A program made the position numbers and the translations under genes. The notes below the pieces were generated by a model, which saw only the letters and a list, made by a program, of their open reading frames with translations, had not been told where the DNA came from and made no database searches. Positions 58,055-64,000 of a stretch of DNA of 64,000 nucleotides are shown here, in pieces. The stretch's first letter is position 1, and each line of letters starts with the position of its first letter. Source of the stretch: Spirochaetes bacterium RBG_16_49_21 (GTDB taxonomy: Bacteria > Spirochaetota > UBA4802 > UBA5550); NCBI GenBank assembly GCA_001829495.1, contig MIBJ01000068.1, positions 46,560 to 110,559 on the forward strand, written 5' to 3'.

Positions 58055-61000
58055 AGAACAAGAAATTAACGCGACGCAGTTTTGTAAAGGGCGCAACCGG
58101 AACGCTGCTGGGCGGCGGTATCGCGGCCCTGGCGGGTATACCGGGATGCGGCGGGGGCGACAACGCCGTCCTGAAAAGCAGCCGTCCGGATTCACCGTCG
58201 GTGCTGAACAATCCCGAGAACATCATATACACGGCCTGCCTTAACTGCAACACGGGATGCGGCATTAAAGTGAAGATACAGAACAACGTCGGCGTAAAAA
58301 TAGACGGCAATCCATATAACCCATTCAACCTTGTCCCCAATATCCCCATGTCTTCTTCACTCGATGAAGCGGCGGCTATCGACGCCCCCCTCTGCCCGAA
58401 GGGCCAGGCGGGAGTCCAGACCGTGTACGATCCTTACCGGATCATGAAGGTGCTGAAGCGCGACGGCAGCAGGGGGCACAACCGGTGGAAAAGCATTCCC
58501 TTTGCCCGGGCGGTGAAGGAGATCGTTGAGGGCGGCAGACTCTTCGCGCACGTTGAGGGCGAGGAAAACCGCACGGTGGAAGGCTTACGGTCGATCATGG
58601 CCTTCAGGGACGAGGGGGCCTCAAAGGAGATGGCAGGGGATATCCAGAAATACTGGGACGAGAAGGACGCCGCGCGGAAAACCCAATTCCTTGATGCGTT
58701 CAGGAGAAAATACGCCCGGCATCTCGGTGCGTTCATCGATCCCAATCATCCCGACCTGGGGCCCAAAAATAACCAACTGGTTATAGCCTGGGGAAGGCTC
58801 AAGGGCGGAAGAAGCGACTTCATCAAGCGATTCGGCGCGGGATTCGGGACAACTAATCTCCACGGCCATACCACGGTGTGCCAGGGCTCCCTCTATTTCA
58901 CCTGCAAGGCCATAAGCGAGCAGTACGTCGACGGCAAGTTCAAGGACGGGCAGAAGTTCTACTGGCAGACGGACCTCGAGCACGCCCGGTACGTGCTCTT
59001 CGTCGGGGCGAACCTCTTTGAGGCGAATTACGGCCCGACCAACCGGGCGGCCCGGCTCACTGCCAATCTCGCCGACGGCAGCACAAAAATCTCCGTGGCG
59101 GACCCGCGATTTTCAAAACTCGCTTCCAAGGCGCACAAGTGGCTCCCGGTGAAGCCGGGCGAGGATGCCGCCCTGGCCATGGCGGTAATCCGGTGGATCA
59201 TCGACAACAGGCGGTATGACGAGCGCTTTCTGCGCTGCGCGAACAAGGCCGCGGCCAAGGCGAGCGGCGAGAAATCGTGGTCGAACGCAACCTGGCTCGT
59301 GGAGATCAAGGACGGCAAGCCGGGAAAGATGGTCCGGGGCGAAGGGAATACGCTCTGCGTGTCTCAAAACGGCGGGCTGGTTTTTTTCGATCCCAACAGC
59401 GAGGCCGTACCCGTGTATGGCGACCTGTTCGTCGACCGCCGGATCGAACATGGCGGAAAGACGGTGGCGGTCAAATCGTCGCTCCAGCTCCTTAAAGAAT
59501 CCGCGGGAAAGAACGCGTTTCGGAAATGGTGCGAGATCGCCGGCATTGAGCCGCGCGACATCGAGGAGGTTGCAAGGGAGCTCACGTCATACGGGAAGCG
59601 AGCCTCGGTGGACATCCATCGCGGTCCCGCCCAGCACACCAACGGGTTTTACAACGTGCTGTCATGGATGTCCGTCAACATGCTGCTCGGGAATTTCGAC
59701 TGGAAGGGCGGCATGATCGCCGCGAGCGCCTACGGATACGACGGCAAGAAGGGCGGCCCCTTCGATCTCACCAAGGTCAAGGGGAAAATCGAGGCCTTCG
59801 GCGTGAGCTCCATTCGCCACGGCATCGCCTATGAAAAGACGTCCCTTTTTCAGGGATACCCGGCGAAGCGCAACTGGTATCCGCTGTCCAGCGACGTGTA
59901 CGAGGAGATCGTCCCGAGCATCGGCGACGCCTATCCCTATCCCGTGAAGGCCCTTATTCTCTACATGGGCACTCCGGCCTACTCGCTGCCGGCCGGACAC
60001 ACCAACATCGAAGTGCTCGCGGACGTGAAAAGGCTGCCGCTCTTCATAGCCAATGACATCACCATCGGCACCTCGTCGATGTACGCCGATTATATCTTCC
60101 CCGATCTTTCGTACCTGGAGCGCTGGGAGTTCCAGGGCTCCCATCCCAATATGCCGGACAAGGTGCAGCCGGTCCGCCAGCCTTCAATCGCCCCCATCCC
60201 CGAGACCGTGCGCGTATACGGTGGAAGCATGCCGATCAGCCTCGAGGCCATGCTCATGGCCTTTGCCGAGGCGCTCGGGCTCAAGGCTTTCGGCGCCGAT
60301 GCGTTGGGGAACGGCCTTCACCTGAAGCGGCCCGAGGATCTTTACCTGCGCGGCGTAGCGAATGTGGCAGTGGGTGATGCTCCCGGAAAAGAAGTGCCCG
60401 ACGCGGACGAGAGGGAGATAAAACTCTTCGTACGGTCGCGCCGCCACCTTCCCCCGTCGGTATTCGACGCGGGAAAATGGGAGGCCGTGTGCGGCCCGCA
60501 CTGGAAAAAGGCGGTGTACGTGCTGAACCGCGGAGGCCGTTTTGAGGACCACGCCAAGGTCTATGACGGCGATCAGGTGAAACACGCTTACGGGAAGCTG
60601 CTCAACCTCTACCAGGAAAAAACCGCGGGCAACAAGTACTCCGGGAGCGGAAAATCGTACCCCGGAATCGCCACTTACCTTCCCCAGCTCAATTACAAGG
60701 GCGAAACGCTGGACGCACTGAGCAAGGGCTATGATCTCCATCTGATTACGAATAGAACAGTAACGCAAACGAAATCGCGTACGACTGCCAATTACTGGCT
60801 GAAGCCGTTCATGCCCGAGAACGGCATCATCATCAACCGCATCGACGCGGAGCGTCTCGGGCTGGACGGCGACGACATCGTTAAAGTGGTGAGCGCCACC
60901 AATCCGGCGGGCGAATGGGACCTCAAAAACGGCACGAAAAAGACCATGAAGGGCCGCGTCGTCATCACCGAGGACATACGGCCCGGCGTCATCAGCTTCG

Positions 61001-61209
61001 TGCTGGGATTCGGGCACTGGGCCACCGGCGCCGCCGACATGATGATCAACGGCGAAAAAATAGCCGGCGATCCCCAGAGGGGGACCGGGATCCACGCCAA
61101 CGCGGCGATGTGGACCGACCCGACGCTGCGCAACAACACCTGCCTCATCGACCCGGTCGGCGGGAGCGTGTCGTTTTACGACACCAAGGTAAGGCTGATT
61201 AAGGTGTAA
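58051..61209 (+). CDS. TtrA/SrdA-clade Mo-bisPGD reductase catalytic subunit (tetrathionate/selenate reductase-like)
   Basis: 1052 aa; Tat motif TRRSFVKG plus lipobox IPGC; CLNCNTGC...DGNPYNP...LCPKG; HTTVC; GFGHW; BCA gene order as in ttrBCA/srdBCA. Confidence 0.88.
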   Translation: MKNKKLTRRSFVKGATGTLLGGGIAALAGIPGCGGGDNAVLKSSRPDSPSVLNNPENIIYTACLNCNTGCGIKVKIQNNVGVKIDGNPYNPFNLVPNIPMSSSLDEAAAIDAPLCPKGQAGVQTVYDPYRIMKVLKRDGSRGHNRWKSIPFARAVKEIVEGGRLFAHVEGEENRTVEGLRSIMAFRDEGASKEMAGDIQKYWDEKDAARKTQFLDAFRRKYARHLGAFIDPNHPDLGPKNNQLVIAWGRLKGGRSDFIKRFGAGFGTTNLHGHTTVCQGSLYFTCKAISEQYVDGKFKDGQKFYWQTDLEHARYVLFVGANLFEANYGPTNRAARLTANLADGSTKISVADPRFSKLASKAHKWLPVKPGEDAALAMAVIRWIIDNRRYDERFLRCANKAAAKASGEKSWSNATWLVEIKDGKPGKMVRGEGNTLCVSQNGGLVFFDPNSEAVPVYGDLFVDRRIEHGGKTVAVKSSLQLLKESAGKNAFRKWCEIAGIEPRDIEEVARELTSYGKRASVDIHRGPAQHTNGFYNVLSWMSVNMLLGNFDWKGGMIAASAYGYDGKKGGPFDLTKVKGKIEAFGVSSIRHGIAYEKTSLFQGYPAKRNWYPLSSDVYEEIVPSIGDAYPYPVKALILYMGTPAYSLPAGHTNIEVLADVKRLPLFIANDITIGTSSMYADYIFPDLSYLERWEFQGSHPNMPDKVQPVRQPSIAPIPETVRVYGGSMPISLEAMLMAFAEALGLKAFGADALGNGLHLKRPEDLYLRGVANVAVGDAPGKEVPDADEREIKLFVRSRRHLPPSVFDAGKWEAVCGPHWKKAVYVLNRGGRFEDHAKVYDGDQVKHAYGKLLNLYQEKTAGNKYSGSGKSYPGIATYLPQLNYKGETLDALSKGYDLHLITNRTVTQTKSRTTANYWLKPFMPENGIIINRIDAERLGLDGDDIVKVVSATNPAGEWDLKNGTKKTMKGRVVITEDIRPGVISFVLGFGHWATGAADMMINGEKIAGDPQRGTGIHANAAMWTDPTLRNNTCLIDPVGGSVSFYDTKVRLIKV

Positions 61210-61257
61210 AAAAATGGAACGGAAAAGGCCGATAAAGGCGAATCGGAAGCGGCGGCG

Positions 61258-61869
61258 ATGAACAATGCCAGGCGGAACCGATACCGGGAAACGATCTACC
61301 GGAGGCTCTCGGAAAGCTATTATCCGCCCGACGCGGCGATAATGGAGAAGGTGGGCGATATGAACGATTGTGTCTGCGAAATCTACCCCGAGCTCGTGAG
61401 GTACCTGCCGAACGGCTCTGAAGGACTCGCCGAGCTTCAGAGCGATTACAACAGGCTTTTCGTCGGCCCCGTACGGCCCCTGGCGCCTCCTTACGGATCA
61501 ATCTATCGTGAAAGCCCGGGAAGGGTGATGAGAAATTCGTCCTACGAGGTGCTTGATCTCTGCGGGAAGGCGGGGTTTTCCGCGGATGATGTTCTGATTC
61601 CCGACCATATCGCTTTCCTGCTTGAGTTTGCGGAGTACCTGCTTCGGCGCGGGAATTCATGCCTCGAAAGCGGCGACGCGCGGGACGCCGCGCGATTCGC
61701 GGATATTTTCATGGAATTGGTAACCGCGCATCTCGCACGGTGGGCGCGTGACTTTTCGCAGCGCGTCTCCGAGCGGTCGGACACGGCGTTTTACCGAGAC
61801 CTTGCTCTCTTTACAGACCTGTTCATCCACGAGGAAGCAGACTGGCTCGCGAAATCACGGGAGCGATGA
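61258..61869 (+). CDS. TorD/DmsD-family maturation chaperone
   Basis: YNRLFVGP..APPYGSIY, PDHIAFLLEF, HLARW. Confidence 0.9.
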   Translation: MNNARRNRYRETIYRRLSESYYPPDAAIMEKVGDMNDCVCEIYPELVRYLPNGSEGLAELQSDYNRLFVGPVRPLAPPYGSIYRESPGRVMRNSSYEVLDLCGKAGFSADDVLIPDHIAFLLEFAEYLLRRGNSCLESGDARDAARFADIFMELVTAHLARWARDFSQRVSERSDTAFYRDLALFTDLFIHEEADWLAKSRER

Positions 61870-61897
61870 CGCGGATTATTGGAATGAGGTGATGATC

Positions 61898-62701
61898 ATG
61901 GGTGATACGATATTCCTGATGCTGACGTTCTTCATTATTTCCCTGGTATATTCCTCCATAGGGTTCGGGGGCGGTTCCAGCTACCTCGCGGTGATGGCCC
62001 TCTGCGCAGTCCCCCTGTATCTCATGCCCCGGTTCGCACTGGCATGCAACATCATCGTGGTGCTGGGGGGATGCTGGGTCTATTACCGGTCGAAGCACCT
62101 CGATATTAAAAGGGCCCTGCCGTTCATCCTGGGGAGCATTCCCCTGTCCTTCATCGGCGGGATGATACCGGTCAATAGAACCGTTTTCCTGACGCTGCTC
62201 GCCATCACCCTGATCGCCGCTTCGCTCAACATGATTTTTTTCAGCAGTTCGGGCAGGAAGAAGCTGAAGGAGGATTTTTTCAAAAGACGCACCGGAGCCG
62301 ATGCCGCCGGTCCGCGGATCACCGGCTGGTACCGGTGTTCGATGGATCTCGGGATCGGGGGCTGCCTCGGCTTCGTCTCGGGACTCGTCGGAATCGGCGG
62401 CGGGATTTTCCTCGCTCCCCTGCTTCACGCGGTGCGCTGGGGCTACGCGAAACAGATAGCCGCGACGGCGAGCCTGTTCATCCTGCTCAATTCGATCGCG
62501 GGCCTTGCGGGCCAGCTGTCGAAAGGGGGCGTCGATGCGGCGCACTTGGGGGTGGTGCCGCTGGCCCTCGCGGTCCTCGCGGGAGGACAGGTCGGCTCGA
62601 GGCTCGGGGCCTTCAGGCTGTCTGAGCTCTTCGTGAAAAACGCCACCGCGGGAATGGTGATGTTTGCAGGGCTCCGAATTATGTTCAAGGTATACCTGTA
62701 A
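61898..62701 (+). CDS. TauE/SafE-family sulfur-compound exporter
   Basis: SSIGFGGGSSY, SGLVGIGGGIFLAP duplicated Gly-rich motifs. Confidence 0.88.
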   Translation: MGDTIFLMLTFFIISLVYSSIGFGGGSSYLAVMALCAVPLYLMPRFALACNIIVVLGGCWVYYRSKHLDIKRALPFILGSIPLSFIGGMIPVNRTVFLTLLAITLIAASLNMIFFSSSGRKKLKEDFFKRRTGADAAGPRITGWYRCSMDLGIGGCLGFVSGLVGIGGGIFLAPLLHAVRWGYAKQIAATASLFILLNSIAGLAGQLSKGGVDAAHLGVVPLALAVLAGGQVGSRLGAFRLSELFVKNATAGMVMFAGLRIMFKVYL

Positions 62702-62750
62702 CGGGAGACGGGGCGTAAGAACGCTACTTATCAATCGGGAGGCATGCGTC

Positions 62751-63443
62751 ATGACAGACATAGTTATTTCAATCGTGGGCAGGTCGGATACGGGGAAGAC
62801 CACGTTGATCGAAAAGCTCGTGGCAGAGCTGACGGGACGGGGTTACCGGGTCGGCACGATCAAGCACGACGCGCACGGGTTCGACATCGACAGGGAAGGC
62901 AAGGACAGCTGGCGTCACAAAAACGCGGGCGCGGCGATGACCATCCTATCATGCCCCACGAAAATTGCCATTATTAAAGATGTCGACCATGACGCCGAGA
63001 TAGACCACCTTATGGCGCGCTATGTCGACGACGTCGACATAGTCCTTACGGAAGGGTATAAAAGCTCAAAGAAACCGAAAATCGAGGTGTTCAGGAAAGC
63101 GGCCTGCGACGACCTCCTGTGCTCCGGAGATGAGAATCTTATCGCCATCGCGACGGACGCAAGGCACGACCTGGATGTCCCCCAGTTCGACATCAACGAC
63201 GCGAAAGGACTTGCCGATTTTATCGAAGAAAGATTCCTCGGCGAGAGGAACCGGGAGTTGATCGCCCTTGAGGTCGACGGCGAGCCCGTGAGCATGAAGC
63301 CCTTCCTGCGCACCATGCTGACCAACTCGATATCGGGCATGATAAGCGCGCTCCGGGGATGCTCGGAGCCGGATACTATAATCATTAAAATCGAAACCGG
63401 CGCCGGCCGCGCCGCAAGGCCTGCGCCGGCGGGTAAGTTTTAA
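62751..63443 (+). CDS. mobB: Molybdopterin-guanine dinucleotide biosynthesis protein MobB
   Basis: VGRSDTGKTT, IKHDAHGFDIDREGKDSWRH, TEGYK..PKIEV. Confidence 0.93.
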   Translation: MTDIVISIVGRSDTGKTTLIEKLVAELTGRGYRVGTIKHDAHGFDIDREGKDSWRHKNAGAAMTILSCPTKIAIIKDVDHDAEIDHLMARYVDDVDIVLTEGYKSSKKPKIEVFRKAACDDLLCSGDENLIAIATDARHDLDVPQFDINDAKGLADFIEERFLGERNRELIALEVDGEPVSMKPFLRTMLTNSISGMISALRGCSEPDTIIIKIETGAGRAARPAPAGKF

Positions 63444-63471
63444 TTTCAACTAAATTTATTGGGAGGTTTTT

Positions 63472-64000
63472 ATGTTCAAGAGGATATTTTTATCCGCTCT
63501 CGCTTTCACTATCCTGGCCGGTACGTCGGTTATGGCGCAGGAGAAGGGAAAAGAGGGCGAATACAAGGATGACAAAAAAATCGAGGAGGCGATAAAAGAT
63601 ATCTATCGCCGGCTGGACATCGGCGTGAGGATTTACATGGACTGGTTTGGTCACTGGGGCCACAACAGCAACAGTTTCGATCGCATTGCCAATTATGAGA
63701 ATAGCGCATCGGAAACCAAGACCAAGAACAACAATGAATTCAGGATCAACCGGGCGTACCTGGACATAAAGTATAAAATCAGCGACATCTTCTACGCCCG
63801 GTTGACGAGCGACGTTGACGGCACGGTCACGCCAGCGGCAGGATCGGGACAAAACCCGGCGTTCCACATATACCTTAAATATGCCTATGTTGAGGCCAAA
63901 AAGGATCTGGGGCCGGTTTCGCTTTCCCTGTCCGGCGGCCAGATCGAGACCCCCCTCATAGGCTGGTTCGACAATCTCTCCGATTTGCGGTGGGTCACCC
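63472..64000 (+). CDS. Outer-membrane porin-like protein (partial, 3' end outside window)
   Basis: Missing from the ORF track; RBS GGAGG; MFKRIFLSALAFTILAGTSVMAQ signal, NEFRINRAYLDIK..ARLTSDV..YLKYAYVE beta-strands like anion-selective porins. Confidence 0.7.
   Translation, partial: MFKRIFLSALAFTILAGTSVMAQEKGKEGEYKDDKKIEEAIKDIYRRLDIGVRIYMDWFGHWGHNSNSFDRIANYENSASETKTKNNNEFRINRAYLDIKYKISDIFYARLTSDVDGTVTPAAGSGQNPAFHIYLKYAYVEAKKDLGPVSLSLSGGQIETPLIGWFDNLSDLRWVT

Noticed and set aside
825-62803. Many long antisense or overlapping ORFs in the track (e.g. 48694-49833, 55956-56873, 61823-62803, 23048-23956)
   Set aside because: They are shadows of well-supported genes caused by GC-rich codon bias and have no motifs of their own.
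1-64000. CRISPR array, rRNA or tRNA genes
   Set aside because: No regularly spaced direct repeats, cloverleafs or rRNA signatures seen by eye.

Overview
64 kb of a bacterial chromosome from a probable anaerobe. The bactofilin-yaaR-holB-PSP1(yaaT) gene order suggests Spirochaetota; this is inference only. (1) 1-15.7 kb is an oxyanion/arsenic region. A pstSCAB operon ends in a PhoU that is fused in frame to an ArsC/LMW-PTP domain (CVHNSAR motif, running off the window). It is followed by moeA, a mobA/mobB deletion scar and a LolA-like/ABC/beta-barrel export module. An ArsR-led operon (small thioredoxin, ArsP, DGC pseudogene, exported thioredoxin, CcdA, Acr3) contains a stand-alone MtrA-like corrinoid protein. 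(2) 15.9-18.8 kb holds oxygen/metal defence genes: rubredoxin, ferredoxin, bfr, superoxide reductase, a cation transporter and MntP. (3) 19-38.5 kb is mostly housekeeping: holB, metG, valS, parA/parB, a TA pair and an AAA ATPase. (4) 39-45 kb is an uncharacterised glycyl-radical-enzyme locus with an activase, a double PNPOx-like protein and a B12 radical SAM enzyme. (5) 45-46.3 kb is a scar zone with a MazEF-like pair, a group II intron domain V remnant and gene fragments; dapL follows. (6) 47.7-64 kb has a PAS kinase/NarL-type regulator and two tandem BCA-type Mo-bisPGD respiratory operons. The first is AT-rich and Psr/Arr-superclade-like, the second is TtrA/SrdA-like, and both carry the same ~320-bp duplicated promoter plus 27 codons. 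TorD, TauE, MobB and a partial porin close the window. The best candidates for an undescribed system are the corrinoid-protein-containing ars operon together with the PhoU-ArsC fusion, the promoter-duplicated twin Mo-enzyme operons, and the GRE locus.
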